Program-made: the position numbers and the translations under genes
In this document: one piece after another, positions 18,411-27,705 of the stretch
Position numbering within the stretch: the first letter of the stretch is position 1
Layout: every line of letters begins with the position of its first letter
The notes under the pieces: model-generated
Databases searched by the model: none
The model's input: the letters and a program-made list of their open reading frames with translations, nothing else
What the model was told of the DNA's origin: nothing
Virus record (IMG/VR): IMGVR_UViG_3300028591_000094
Location: 64,001-128,000 of that record
DNA length: 64,000 nt
Source: a virus
Lineage: Duplodnaviria; Caudoviricetes
Reading direction: 5' to 3' (one strand)

Positions 18411-20303
18411 TTAATTGTTTGATTTCTTCCCATTAAACATATTCCCGAACTGGTTCATGAAGTCCGCCCCGTTCGCCGACTGAGCACCTCCCTGTCCGTA
18501 TGCCTTGGCGCTGATGCTGTACATACGTTCCTGGACTTCCTTCTCAACCGATTCGAAATTGTCGAAAGATTTTTCCTCTTTCATTTTCTTTATTTCCTCT
18601 TTCTTGTTTTCAAAGAATGTCTTATCATCCTCCGTCACCACATCGGACTTGTCTTTCAACCCGTCAACCAATTGGTCTATTCCGTAAATCAACCCCTCGC
18701 ATTTGTTTGCAATTTCCAGGTCTTTCTGAGTCTTGGCGTCCTCATCGGCATGCGCCTGGGCATCGGCTTTCATGCGCTCGATTTCATCTTCACTCAAGCC
18801 AGACTTGGCTTCAATACGGATGTTATGGGACTTACCTGTTGCTTTGTCAAGTGCACTTACACTCAAAATACCATTGGCATCAATGTCGAATGATACTTCA
18901 ATTTGGGGCACCCCGCGTTTGGCTGGCATTATACCCTCAAGGTTGAACATACCGATTGTCTTGTTGTCGTTTGCCATCGGGCGGCATCCCTGCAAGACGC
19001 GGATTGTTACTTCGGGCTGATTGTCCACCGCCGTGGTAAAAATCTGACTCTTCTTGGTTGGAATGGTTGTGTTGGCTTCAATGAGCGTCGTCATTACACC
19101 GCCCTCGGTCTCGATACCCAAGTTCAAGGGGGTTACATCGAGCAGTAACACGTCGTTGACTTCACCGCTCAACACACCGCCCTGGATAGCGGCACCGATT
19201 GCAACTACCTCGTCTGGATTTACACCCTTGGATGGTGTTTTTCCGAAGAACTGTTCAACAACATTCTGAACCGCAGGGATACGAGTCGAGCCGCCTACAA
19301 GTATCACTTCGTCAATGTCACCATTACTCAACCCCGCATCTGACATAGCTTTCTTGCAGGGCTCCAGTGTTGCCTTGATAAGTTTGTCGCAAATCTGTTC
19401 GAACTTGGCTCGTGTCAGTTTCTTTACAAGGTGTTGTGGAACACCATCTAGAACTGTAATATAAGGTAGATTGATTTCCGTTTCAATTGTTGACGAAAGC
19501 TCAATTTTAGCCTTTTCAGCAGCCTCTTTCAAACGCTGCATTGCCATTGGGTCTTTCTTCAAGTCGATTGACGTGTCATTCTTGAATTCGTCAGCGAGCC
19601 AGTTAATGATTTCCTGGTCAAAATCGTCGCCCCCAAGATGTGTGTCACCGTTAGTTGACAGAACCTCGAACACACCGTCACCGAGGGATAATATAGAAAT
19701 GTCAAACGTACCACCACCGAGGTCAAATACGGCGACATTCATGTCCTTATCAGTCTTGTCAAGACCATAGGCAAGTGCCGCAGCGGTCGGTTCGTTTACA
19801 ATACGCAAGACGTTCAATCCAGCAATCTCGCCAGCCTCCTTGGTTGCTTGGCGCTGAGAGTCACTGAAATAAGCAGGTACTGTGATGACGGCGTCCTTTA
19901 CTTCCTCACCAAGATAATCCTCTGCAGTTTTCTTCATTTTCTGTAAGATTATTGCAGAAATTTCCTGGGGGGTGTAGACTTTTCCATCGATGTCGACGCG
20001 CGCCGAATTATTGTCACCCTTGACAACTTTGTACGACATGTTCTCAATCTCCTTGGTTACCGCATCGAACGGTTCGCCCATGAAGCGCTTGATTGATGAA
20101 ACGGTGTTCTTGGGGTTTGTCACAGCCTGACGCTTGGCTGGGTCACCCACCTTGCGCTCTCCGCTGCTGATAAAGCCCACTACCGAAGGGGTCGTCCTAC
20201 GACCCTCGTTGTTTGCAATGACCACAGGGTCTTTTCCTTCCATGACCGCAACGCACGAATTTGTCGTTCCTAGGTCAATTCCAATTACTTTACTCATTTT
20301 CAT
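18411..20303 (-). CDS. dnaK: Chaperone DnaK (Hsp70)
   Basis: [37 protein letters not shown]. Confidence 0.99.
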   Translation of the reverse strand: MKMSKVIGIDLGTTNSCVAVMEGKDPVVIANNEGRRTTPSVVGFISSGERKVGDPAKRQAVTNPKNTVSSIKRFMGEPFDAVTKEIENMSYKVVKGDNNSARVDIDGKVYTPQEISAIILQKMKKTAEDYLGEEVKDAVITVPAYFSDSQRQATKEAGEIAGLNVLRIVNEPTAAALAYGLDKTDKDMNVAVFDLGGGTFDISILSLGDGVFEVLSTNGDTHLGGDDFDQEIINWLADEFKNDTSIDLKKDPMAMQRLKEAAEKAKIELSSTIETEINLPYITVLDGVPQHLVKKLTRAKFEQICDKLIKATLEPCKKAMSDAGLSNGDIDEVILVGGSTRIPAVQNVVEQFFGKTPSKGVNPDEVVAIGAAIQGGVLSGEVNDVLLLDVTPLNLGIETEGGVMTTLIEANTTIPTKKSQIFTTAVDNQPEVTIRVLQGCRPMANDNKTIGMFNLEGIMPAKRGVPQIEVSFDIDANGILSVSALDKATGKSHNIRIEAKSGLSEDEIERMKADAQAHADEDAKTQKDLEIANKCEGLIYGIDQLVDGLKDKSDVVTEDDKTFFENKKEEIKKMKEEKSFDNFESVEKEVQERMYSISAKAYGQGGAQSANGADFMNQFGNMFNGKKSNN

Positions 20304-20347
20304 TTAATTTTTTAATTACATTATTATTTTTTTGCATATATAATGTC

Positions 20348-20401
20348 ACAATTTCCATGCCAATGTCTTTGTTATGCCAATTTGTCATGACATGTCTGCC
20401 A
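20348..20401 (-). promoter_or_regulatory. Sigma-54-like -24/-12 promoter with upstream TG[GT]CA/TGACA inverted half-sites
   Basis: Minus strand TTGGCATGGAAATTGT (20363-20348); TGACAAATTGGCA and TGGCAGACATGTCA upstream. Confidence 0.55.
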
Positions 20402-20421
20402 CTGTTGCAACATTTTCACAA

Positions 20422-20434
20422 TATCTAACATACG
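20422..20434 (-). promoter_or_regulatory. Variant early/middle motif CGTATGTTAGATA
   Basis: Near-match to the recurring motif, upstream of dnaK. Confidence 0.45.
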
Positions 20435-20456
20435 AAAATTTTTTCAATGTGTGTTA

Positions 20457-20463
20457 TATTTAT
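20457..20463 (+). promoter_or_regulatory. TATTTAT putative late promoter
   Basis: Precedes two plus-strand CxC peptides. Confidence 0.6.
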
Positions 20464-20494
20464 ATAATAAATAAGACTATACTATACTGTCGTC

Positions 20495-20686
20495 ATGTGT
20501 GGATGTAAAGCAAATAGCAATTACACTGGCAAACACAAAAAAGTTCAGCCATTGAAAAATGTTCGCAAGGTTACAAGCGAGCCTGTCATGACTGTCATAG
20601 ACGACGGCGACTCGGGATTGAAAATCGTTGTAGGCGAAATAATTGAATCAAACATTTCCAACAATGTGCAACTGCACCAAAAATAA
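20495..20686 (+). CDS. Small protein with N-terminal CxC
   Basis: MCGCKANS... Confidence 0.65.
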   Translation: MCGCKANSNYTGKHKKVQPLKNVRKVTSEPVMTVIDDGDSGLKIVVGEIIESNISNNVQLHQK

Positions 20687-20795
20687 GATTTTGCCGAAAA
20701 GTAGAACTGTTGTTAAGAAACATGTAACATCGTCTAAACGCACGGTTAAACCTTCTCGTAGAATTGTAAGAGGAAAAAGAAGAACCGTCCGTTAA
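20664..20795 (+). CDS. 43-aa highly basic peptide with N-terminal CxC (not in the ORF track)
   Basis: MCNCTKNKILPKSRTVVKKHVTSSKRTVKPSRRIVRGKRRTVR. Confidence 0.6.
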   Translation: MCNCTKNKILPKSRTVVKKHVTSSKRTVKPSRRIVRGKRRTVR

Positions 20796-20980
20796 GACTG
20801 TTCTTCCTTTTTCTGAGCTTCCTGTTGCTTGAGCCATTCAGCCTTCTCTCGAAACATCTTCTTATATTCGTCAATTATTTTCTGGCGGATATCGGAAGGA
20901 AAAGTTTCCTTATTGTCCAGTTCATAGTCCAGGCTGTCCTGCAGAATCTCGGTGAACTTCTGGGTTGCGTTCTTATCCAT
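20792..20980 (-). CDS. Hypothetical protein
   Basis: Start placed at MDKNAT, which overlaps the upstream stop. Confidence 0.6.
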   Translation of the reverse strand: MDKNATQKFTEILQDSLDYELDNKETFPSDIRQKIIDEYKKMFREKAEWLKQQEAQKKEEQS

Positions 20981-21500
20981 TCTTCTGTTGTTTAGCTGCA
21001 TTCTTGGCTGCACGCTCGGCTGCTTTGCGCTCTTTCTCTTCCTCCTTGGCACGCTTTCTCTCCTCTTGTATCTGGGTGAATGCCATGGAAGCAATCTCAG
21101 CCGCATGAGCCAGGTTCTCGCCGTATTTGGCGTAACCGTCACCCGTAATGCAGATGTTCGGCTTACCAATCTTGATGCTCATGGTGCCAGTATTCTCGTT
21201 TTCCACAATGTTGACGTTGACAAAGGCATCCTCGATTACGAGCTTACGATAGTCGACGTCGTTGACATTTGTTGGCGCCATGCGGTCGAAGATTTCTTCG
21301 TTTACATAAATAATGATAGAGTCGCGCATTTTGGCGAAATACTCTGTTACCGCACTTGATTTGGCAATCTTGATGAGCTCTTTCTGTTTGTCGTCCGAGA
21401 GGATGCGCCAGGTAATCATTCTGTCGAGGTCTGTGGTCTCGCTGATAATGGTTTCGATGAAATCGACAATCGATTCCGAAGTTTCAGTTAATTTTCCCAT
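20973..21500 (-). CDS. Hypothetical protein
   Basis: 175-aa ORF. Confidence 0.75.
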   Translation of the reverse strand: MGKLTETSESIVDFIETIISETTDLDRMITWRILSDDKQKELIKIAKSSAVTEYFAKMRDSIIIYVNEEIFDRMAPTNVNDVDYRKLVIEDAFVNVNIVENENTGTMSIKIGKPNICITGDGYAKYGENLAHAAEIASMAFTQIQEERKRAKEEEKERKAAERAAKNAAKQQKNG

Positions 21501-21541
21501 GTTTAATCTTACTTGTTTTTTAATTTGTATTTATATTTGGA

Positions 21542-21805
21542 TTAATCGTCCAGTCTGACCTTTGGGGCGTGGTTGTACTTGGTATTGAATACATCTTCAC
21601 CTTTGAACAACCACACAGCAGCCTGGATTGCGGCTACGATGGTCGGTATTCCCGTCCAGCAGAAAAGAGCGGCGAAAACACCAGCTACGGTCTGTTTCAG
21701 ATAAAAGTGCTGCAGTCCGATACCACCGAACGCGAAGGCCAGCACGATAAAGCACCAATAATTAAGTTTTTTCTTCATGGAGTTAAAAATTTTATGTTGT
21801 TTCAT
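21542..21805 (-). CDS. TM2/NINE-domain membrane protein
   Basis: LAFAFGGIGLQHFYL....G....FCWTGIP. Confidence 0.85.
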   Translation of the reverse strand: MKQHKIFNSMKKKLNYWCFIVLAFAFGGIGLQHFYLKQTVAGVFAALFCWTGIPTIVAAIQAAVWLFKGEDVFNTKYNHAPKVRLDD

Positions 21806-21809
21806 TCGT

Positions 21810-21821
21810 TATTAATATACG
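21810..21821 (-). promoter_or_regulatory. CGTATATTAATA putative early/middle promoter
   Basis: Ends 4 nt before the ATG at 21805. Confidence 0.65.
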
Positions 21822-21900
21822 GAAATTTTCACACAATGTTCATTTTTTTTTGCTTTTTTTGTTGTAATCCGTTATATTAGATAATATTAGATGTTAAAAA

Positions 21901-22842
21901 ATGGCTACACGGGCGACTGAAAAATACAAGGCTTTGGTCGAACTGCGCAAAGCTAAAGCCAAAGCACGGAAAGCAGCTAAACATAAAGCTGAGGTGTTGA
22001 AAGCCTTGGAGAAGAGAAAAGAGGAAACGCGCAAACGACGTCTCAAAAAAAGAAGGGACGCTTACAAGCCTATACACATCAAGAACCTCAGGAAGAAACA
22101 GAACGCTCGAGCTTACAGGAAAAGGCGCCGTATTGAACTAGCCCAGCATAAAGCCAAGGGAGATGTCTACGGGTATTTCAGAATAGTCCTTATGAAAGAC
22201 TACACACAGATTGAGGAACTAGCATCTTCGTGGTGGCTTTTGAGTGCATACTCCAAGTTCGAGAACTACGTTAAAGAGAACCATGACGGGGTTATCTGTG
22301 AAAAACAGGTAATACAATCCGACGACAAGAACGGTGTTCCAATTAAATATGAAATTCTACTATTGAAGAAAATTGACCCTGAAACGGAGGACGGCACCAG
22401 TGAATTGCGGGATAAGAGCGGTAAGTTTGTTGTAAACAGGATTGTAAACAATGAAAAATACACGATTGTAGCCAAGGAGGATTGGTGGATACCTGAGACC
22501 TACAACGTTTACGGATACGACCCGCTGACCGACCGTAAGACTGGGCAGTGGATATTTGACAACATCGTGAACAAAAACTGTTGCAGGGAGAATTTTAAGA
22601 ACATTTTCATGTGCGGTAACAAACTTATTATCCAATACAATACGGACTTTGATTTCGTCGTCTGTAAAAACCCAGACGAATGTATCCGCCTATACAATGG
22701 TCTGATGGCTGCCACTGACCCCAAAAACAAGTTCATTATGTACTCGAACTTTATATCTAAGGGGCGTAAATCGTGGCTATACGACCAAATTGAGGAAAAA
22801 ACTGGCTGGAGAAGGGATGCCATTATGAAAAACAAAGGCTAG
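21901..22842 (+). CDS. Hypothetical protein with very basic N-terminus
   Basis: 313 aa; first ~85 aa are K/R-rich. Confidence 0.75.
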   Translation: MATRATEKYKALVELRKAKAKARKAAKHKAEVLKALEKRKEETRKRRLKKRRDAYKPIHIKNLRKKQNARAYRKRRRIELAQHKAKGDVYGYFRIVLMKDYTQIEELASSWWLLSAYSKFENYVKENHDGVICEKQVIQSDDKNGVPIKYEILLLKKIDPETEDGTSELRDKSGKFVVNRIVNNEKYTIVAKEDWWIPETYNVYGYDPLTDRKTGQWIFDNIVNKNCCRENFKNIFMCGNKLIIQYNTDFDFVVCKNPDECIRLYNGLMAATDPKNKFIMYSNFISKGRKSWLYDQIEEKTGWRRDAIMKNKG

Positions 22843-22844
22843 AC

Positions 22845-22857
22845 TATTTATATTTAT
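22845..22857 (+). promoter_or_regulatory. Tandem TATTTAT putative late promoter
   Basis: TATTTATATTTAT before 22872. Confidence 0.6.
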
Positions 22858-22871
22858 ATAAATGTCAACAT

Positions 22872-23138
22872 ATGAAAAAAAGTTTCCTTTACAAAGTATT
22901 CAGTGAAAAGGGTCAATACCCATCATCGAAAAGGGTTGTTGGCGCTTTCATGATATTCGTTATTATGGTGTGCACAACAATTGCCATTTGCAAGGAAGGT
23001 ATGACTCATTATAACAAGGATGTTATCGAAGTTGAAGTCATCACCGCTGGCGCACTATTAGGTGTATCCACAGTTACTCGAATTTGGAATAAAAACAGTA
23101 ACAATGACGACGGCAGAAAATCTGACGAAGAAGAATAG
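22872..23138 (+). CDS. Two-TM protein, holin-like
   Basis: SSKRVVG followed by two hydrophobic segments and a charged tail; late motif upstream. Confidence 0.55.
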   Translation: MKKSFLYKVFSEKGQYPSSKRVVGAFMIFVIMVCTTIAICKEGMTHYNKDVIEVEVITAGALLGVSTVTRIWNKNSNNDDGRKSDEEE

Positions 23139-23167
23139 AAAAAGGAGGTTAGTTAACCTCCTTTTTT
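23139..23167. terminator. Bidirectional terminator
   Basis: AAAAAGGAGGTT / AACCTCCTTTTT between convergent genes. Confidence 0.75.
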
Positions 23168-23406
23168 GTTAAATGGAACTCAATCCCAAGTACTTTCACG
23201 TTCACCTCATCCCCTGGTTCATAACCAACCATTGTACCTTTCTCTTTCTGATAAAGCTGCTCATCTATCCCGCGCAGGTCGAGTTCGGGAATTGCTAAAC
23301 TGATGGTCAAGCCATCGCGAAAATCCTGCTTATGTTTGGTGTTGAGTAACAACATCTGGCTATCCATAGCCGTTGCTATATTGTATAAATCGTCCAATGA
23401 AACCAT
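23149..23406 (-). CDS. Hypothetical protein
   Basis: 85-aa ORF. Confidence 0.65.
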   Translation of the reverse strand: MVSLDDLYNIATAMDSQMLLLNTKHKQDFRDGLTISLAIPELDLRGIDEQLYQKEKGTMVGYEPGDEVNVKVLGIEFHLTKKEVN

Positions 23407-23410
23407 GACT

Positions 23411-23632
23411 CTATGATATTGTGTTAGTTATTCTGTCCATAAACTCTTTGAAACGTACCTTGAACGGCTTCTTGAGTTTTTTCGGCTGGCTGACTGCCTG
23501 TACGAGATTTTCCCTTTTCATCTTCTGGATACTCTTGATTGTCTCGGTGATATAGTCGTTGGCTATCAGATTGGTTTTATCATCCAGTTCGTCTTCTTCG
23601 CGAATTGCATCATATTCTTCGTTGCCTTTCAC
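23411..23632 (-). CDS. Hypothetical protein
   Basis: 73-aa ORF. Confidence 0.65.
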   Translation of the reverse strand: MKGNEEYDAIREEDELDDKTNLIANDYITETIKSIQKMKRENLVQAVSQPKKLKKPFKVRFKEFMDRITNTIS

Positions 23633-23634
23633 AC

Positions 23635-24018
23635 CTATTCCTCCTCATTTTCATTGTCATAGTCCACCACCCCGTGACGTTCACACGCCTCTTCAAAATT
23701 GTGCATAATCCACACCATACCACTTGTAAATCCAGCATCCAAAATTGGTATCAGCCACCAGAGACCACTACCGAACAAGATTATATTAAACGGTGTAAAG
23801 ACTATTGTCGGCAGTAAAATGTCAACAACACTTAAGACCAGTCCAACCCAGGTTGAAAAGCACATCATGCAACCGAAAAGGTCTCCGAGTCCTGAACTGA
23901 TTCGTTTGGCAAGTTTGCGGATTTTCGCGAATATTCCCCAAGGTCCTTCAGCATATACAAACATGTTGGTTATGCCGTAAGCCAGGAAGATGTAACAGAA
24001 TGTTGTTAATGCTATCAT
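23635..24018 (-). CDS. Membrane protein, DUF1360-like (paralog 1)
   Basis: F..IR....LGDLFGCMMCFSTWVG. Confidence 0.7.
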   Translation of the reverse strand: MIALTTFCYIFLAYGITNMFVYAEGPWGIFAKIRKLAKRISSGLGDLFGCMMCFSTWVGLVLSVVDILLPTIVFTPFNIILFGSGLWWLIPILDAGFTSGMVWIMHNFEEACERHGVVDYDNENEEE

Positions 24019-24039
24019 TGATATTGTCTTAAAATTGTA

Positions 24040-24420
24040 TTATTCTAATTCTTCGTCTTCGTATTCCACCGTGCCGTGCCGTTCACACGCTTCTTCAAAA
24101 TTATGGATGAGCCATACAATACCACTTGTAAACCCAGCATCCAGAATAAGTATCAACCACCATGGCGCCACCGCACCCAATAGAATATTGAAGGGTGTAA
24201 AAGCAAAACTCTTGAATAGGAGGTCAATTCCACTGAAAAACAACCCAATCCAGGTTGAAAAGCACATCATGCAAGTGAAAAGTTTGCCAAAGTTCTCTCC
24301 TATATTGTGTGCAACAGCACGCCACCACTCGAAGATACCCCAAGGTCCTTCGGCGTAAGCGAACATGTTCGCTATGCCATAGGCACATATAATATAGCAA
24401 AAAATAAATAGGAACTTCAT
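24040..24420 (-). CDS. Membrane protein, DUF1360-like (paralog 2)
   Basis: GKLFTCMMCFSTWIG; visibly homologous to 23635-24018. Confidence 0.7.
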   Translation of the reverse strand: MKFLFIFCYIICAYGIANMFAYAEGPWGIFEWWRAVAHNIGENFGKLFTCMMCFSTWIGLFFSGIDLLFKSFAFTPFNILLGAVAPWWLILILDAGFTSGIVWLIHNFEEACERHGTVEYEDEELE

Positions 24421-24421
24421 G

Positions 24422-24970
24422 TTATTTCTTGTTTAACGCTTTGGCAATTTTCTGGTCAATGTCGCTGACCGTGGCAACTGGCGCCTCGGCTTTGGCCCCC
24501 GTCGCCTCTTTTGGTTTCTCAATATTGTTCGGTTCCTCGGTGATGGGCTGGTCTGCTGGTATGGGTTCAGCAGCTTTTGCTTGCTTGACTGTCTTCTTTT
24601 TGGTTTTCCCTGGTATTACGAATTGTAATGTCGAAAGACGCTCATATGTCTCGTTAGACAGAAACAGGTCTTTAAGTTCCTGGACTTTGACTTTGTAGAG
24701 TTCTATTTTTTTCTCAAACTCCTTGTTTACATTTATTGTTTCCTCGATTACATCGAACACCATGTCGGTATCCTCGATGTTCGCAACATACCAATAGAAA
24801 TTTTTAATGCTTTTATCCTCAGCAAACGCCACACGCTCGGGGTCTTGGGGTTTGATAATAGTCCAGCCACTCTTATATTTTATTTTCAATATAAAAGTCC
24901 CATCCTTGAATGTTATGTCAGGGCGGAAAGCCTCTATCGCTTTGATTCTATCTTGCAGGCTTCTTCCCAT
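24422..24970 (-). CDS. Hypothetical protein
   Basis: 182-aa ORF. Confidence 0.75.
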   Translation of the reverse strand: MGRSLQDRIKAIEAFRPDITFKDGTFILKIKYKSGWTIIKPQDPERVAFAEDKSIKNFYWYVANIEDTDMVFDVIEETINVNKEFEKKIELYKVKVQELKDLFLSNETYERLSTLQFVIPGKTKKKTVKQAKAAEPIPADQPITEEPNNIEKPKEATGAKAEAPVATVSDIDQKIAKALNKK

Positions 24971-25152
24971 TACAGTCCGAAAAATATTATAGTCATTATA
25001 TAAGCAATGGAAGACATTGTCAACAATGTACGCACAGTTTTAGACTCGTATTTGGAGCCACTCTTGAATGCCACATAGAATCTCCAAATCTCTTTGATAA
25101 GATTAAGACTGGCGAGAATCAATATGAAACACAATATCATACTTTTTATCAT
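24970..25152 (-). CDS. Small two-TM membrane protein
   Basis: 60 aa with two hydrophobic stretches. Confidence 0.65.
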   Translation of the reverse strand: MIKSMILCFILILASLNLIKEIWRFYVAFKSGSKYESKTVRTLLTMSSIAYIMTIIFFGL

Positions 25153-25181
25153 AATGTTACAATTTTACTTTCTATGACTAT

Positions 25182-25193
25182 TACTAATATACA
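25182..25193 (-). promoter_or_regulatory. TGTATATTAGTA early/middle motif beside the IS right end
   Basis: One-mismatch copy of the recurring motif. Confidence 0.55.
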
Positions 25194-25400
25194 AAAATTT
25201 CTCCAGTGAACTACACCGAAACTAAAGATTTCGGTGCTTCTGACTTCCTTGACAGTTGCGTTCCGAAGAATGTCTTACACCGTCTCCATCAGTGTAATCG
25301 ACCGTCCCAGCCGATATATTTCTTAATCCTTCTTTAAGAATGTTTTTTGCGGCATTGATGTCTCTGTTATGTATTGTTCCGCATTGAGGGCATATCCATT
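25186..25400 (-). ncRNA. Predicted omegaRNA (reRNA) over the tnpB 3' end and right end; 5' boundary approximate
   Basis: Established IS605 architecture; the guide would be the flank TGGAGAAATTTTTGTATATT. Confidence 0.55.
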
Positions 25401-26409
25401 CCCTAACCGACAAATCTTTCACTTTGCCGTTAACATAACCGCATTCATTACAAGTCTGACTTGAAGGATAGAACCTATCTATCTTCACTATCTGTTTATT
25501 GTTCAAGTCAGCCTTGTATTGAAGATATGTTACAAAAGTACCCCAACTTGCGTCTTGAATATGCTTAGCCAACTTATGATTCTTAACCATACCCTTAATG
25601 TTTAGGTCTTCAAGACAAATTATGTCATATTTCCTAATCAAATCGGTTGATACTTTATGTAGATTATCATTACGGGAATTAGCAATCATTTCTTGAAGCT
25701 TGGCAACCTTGAGTCTTTGTTTTTCGTACTCATTACTACCATATTGCTTTCTTGAAAGGTGTTTTTGAGCAATTGCTAACTTTCGTTGATATTTCTTTGT
25801 ATATCTATTATTTTTATATGTTTTTCCATCAGATGTTATTACGAAATCCTTTAAACCAAGGTCAATACCAACTTGTTTGTTTGATTTTGGTAAAGGCTCA
25901 TACATTTGTTCAGTCAACAAACTGACATAATACTTACCAGTAGTTGTAAGTGATATTGTTGCTGAGTTAATCTTACCTTCAACTTGGCGATGCTGTCTGA
26001 CCTTGATACCTTCCTTGAATTTCGGAAAGTACACCTTGCCGTCTTTCAATTCAACAAACTGAGGAACTGAAAAACTGTTTCTGCTCTTTTTGCTTTTGAA
26101 ATTAGGGAATTTGGCATTGCCTCTGAAAAAATTAACATAAGCTGTTTCAAGATGCCTTAATGTATGTTGAAGTGTCTGACTGTTGATTTCTTTCAACCAA
26201 AGATGCTCACCATCTTTTTTCAGTTCAGTTAATTTCTTTGCTTGTTCATAATAATTATCTGATTTATACGTTTCATCATACTGACGTTTCCGTTCAGATA
26301 AGAAATAGTTGTATACAAACCTAACAGACCCAAAATGTTTTGCCAACAAAACTTTTTGTTCCGCATTTGGCTCAAGTCTGAATTTATATGTTTTATACAC
26401 AACCTTCAT
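25222..26409 (-). CDS. tnpB: RNA-guided endonuclease TnpB
   Basis: RuvC triad GIDLG / LEDL / NRDINAA; Zn finger CNECG..CPQCG; N-terminal YKFRLEP..Q. Confidence 0.97.
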   Translation of the reverse strand: MKVVYKTYKFRLEPNAEQKVLLAKHFGSVRFVYNYFLSERKRQYDETYKSDNYYEQAKKLTELKKDGEHLWLKEINSQTLQHTLRHLETAYVNFFRGNAKFPNFKSKKSRNSFSVPQFVELKDGKVYFPKFKEGIKVRQHRQVEGKINSATISLTTTGKYYVSLLTEQMYEPLPKSNKQVGIDLGLKDFVITSDGKTYKNNRYTKKYQRKLAIAQKHLSRKQYGSNEYEKQRLKVAKLQEMIANSRNDNLHKVSTDLIRKYDIICLEDLNIKGMVKNHKLAKHIQDASWGTFVTYLQYKADLNNKQIVKIDRFYPSSQTCNECGYVNGKVKDLSVREWICPQCGTIHNRDINAAKNILKEGLRNISAGTVDYTDGDGVRHSSERNCQGSQKHRNL

Positions 26410-26475
26410 ATATAATAAGTATCACTAATTTACAAAAAATTGCAAGTTTTTGTAAATATTTTTTACTAACTATTA

Positions 26476-26483
26476 CAAATATA
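26476..26483 (-). promoter_or_regulatory. Bacteroidota-type -7 element TATATTTG facing tnpB
   Basis: Matches TAnnTTTG. Confidence 0.5.
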
Positions 26484-26499
26484 CAACTTTTTTTTGATT

Positions 26500-26904
26500 A
26501 TGCAAAACAATTATGCCAGTAATTCGCACTGTAAGTACTATTTGAAAGTTCACTTAATCTTTGTTACAAAATATAGAAAAAATCTGTTGGTCAATGGATT
26601 GGATACTTGGCTTAAGAGTAAATTTGAATACATTTCAAATGGTTGTGATTTTTCAATTGACATTATGGAAACCGACAAAAATCATATCCACTTACTTGTT
26701 AGTTATCCCCCATCAATTTCAGTATCTTCCATTGTCAGGAAATTGAAACAAAAAAGTACTGTTGACATATGGAAACATTTTCACACCATTATGAGATTGG
26801 AATTTTGGAAAGAGAATACCTTTTGGAGTGATGGCTATTTTGCTTGTTCAATAGGTGAAGCATCACCAGAAACAATCAGAAAGTATATTGAGAACCAAGG
26901 TTAG
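26500..26904 (+). CDS. tnpA: Y1 HUH transposase TnpA
   Basis: HLIFVTKYRK, HIH, FWSDGYF, YIENQ. Confidence 0.97.
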   Translation: MQNNYASNSHCKYYLKVHLIFVTKYRKNLLVNGLDTWLKSKFEYISNGCDFSIDIMETDKNHIHLLVSYPPSISVSSIVRKLKQKSTVDIWKHFHTIMRLEFWKENTFWSDGYFACSIGEASPETIRKYIENQG

Positions 26905-26963
26905 TTTCAATTCATCCCCGAAACTAAAGATTTCGGGGTTTTCTTGAAAAAAATAGATAAAGC

Positions 26964-26998
26964 AAAAAAAAGCGAAGGCTTTTTTCAGCGCTTCGCTT
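26964..26998 (-). terminator. Intrinsic terminator
   Basis: AAGCGAAG / CTTCGCTT stem plus T tract on the minus strand. Confidence 0.7.
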
Positions 26999-27027
26999 CC
27001 ACTCTATCTTTTCTCTACGCAATTCTC

Positions 27028-27705
27028 TTATTTTTCATCCAAAAGTATCGACAGTTTCTGCGAATAGACCGCAAGGTCTTGCATCAGCTGTGCTGTCTCG
27101 GTAGGTTCCCCACCGCACCATATCACGCCGAAATAGCCTATTACATTGTCCTTTCCGTGCAATGTGTATCCGCATATATATGTTGAGTTGTTCACCAAGA
27201 GGCGGTCGGCGAATTTTTCGTCAATCTTGCTGAGGTCGGTCACCTTTCCGCAGAACGCATTGTGTTCATACATGAAATTCGGAAATGAAAGCCTCGAAAG
27301 GTTGAACTGTGTATAGTCGGCGTCCACTGGCAGAATACCATCGCGACAGACCTCGTAGGTCATCTCGCCGTATATGAACGGGAGTCCAGCCACGTTCTTG
27401 GTACCATTGTGCATTTCCACTATGCAGACGCGGTCGGCGCCATATTTGTAGAGCACCTCGCTCAGGTAGTTGTCGATTTTGGGACTGTTGGCATAACGCT
27501 TCTCAACCGCCTTGTCGTGTTCCTCAACCTGGGCGCGCTGGTTGTCACTTATCGCACGCTGCACGACCTTGTCGATATTGAACAGCTGCACAGTTGTGAA
27601 CACAACACATGCAAAAATTATTATATACCCAATGGTTCTTGCAAATCCGAAGTTTTTAATCAACTTGATAAGCGGGTCGATGAATTTCACTAAAGTTGTC
27701 CACAT
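27028..27705 (-). CDS. Single-TM protein with GAF-like C-terminal domain (T4 holin T-like architecture)
   Basis: One TM helix, then ADRVCIVEMHNG..GLPF.Y..YEV..IGYFGV. Confidence 0.5.
   Translation of the reverse strand: MWTTLVKFIDPLIKLIKNFGFARTIGYIIIFACVVFTTVQLFNIDKVVQRAISDNQRAQVEEHDKAVEKRYANSPKIDNYLSEVLYKYGADRVCIVEMHNGTKNVAGLPFIYGEMTYEVCRDGILPVDADYTQFNLSRLSFPNFMYEHNAFCGKVTDLSKIDEKFADRLLVNNSTYICGYTLHGKDNVIGYFGVIWCGGEPTETAQLMQDLAVYSQKLSILLDEK

Larger units (their letters stand above)
25206..26956 (-). mobile_element. IS200/IS605-family element (divergent tnpA/tnpB), apparently complete
   Basis: Matching subterminal hairpins CCGAAACTAAAGATTTCGG at 25214-25236 and 26916-26938. Right end TCAC with guide GAAG. 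Left target TTAT/TTTAT (26957-26961) with guide AAAA. AT-richer than its flanks. Confidence 0.9.

Noticed and set aside
20973-21500. Possible grpE upstream of dnaK
   Set aside because: No GrpE motifs (e.g. FDP..H, GY....R.A.V).
25222-26409. Cas12f or a nuclease-dead TldR-type regulator
   Set aside because: The D-E-D triad is intact, tnpA and both IS ends are present, and there is no CRISPR array.
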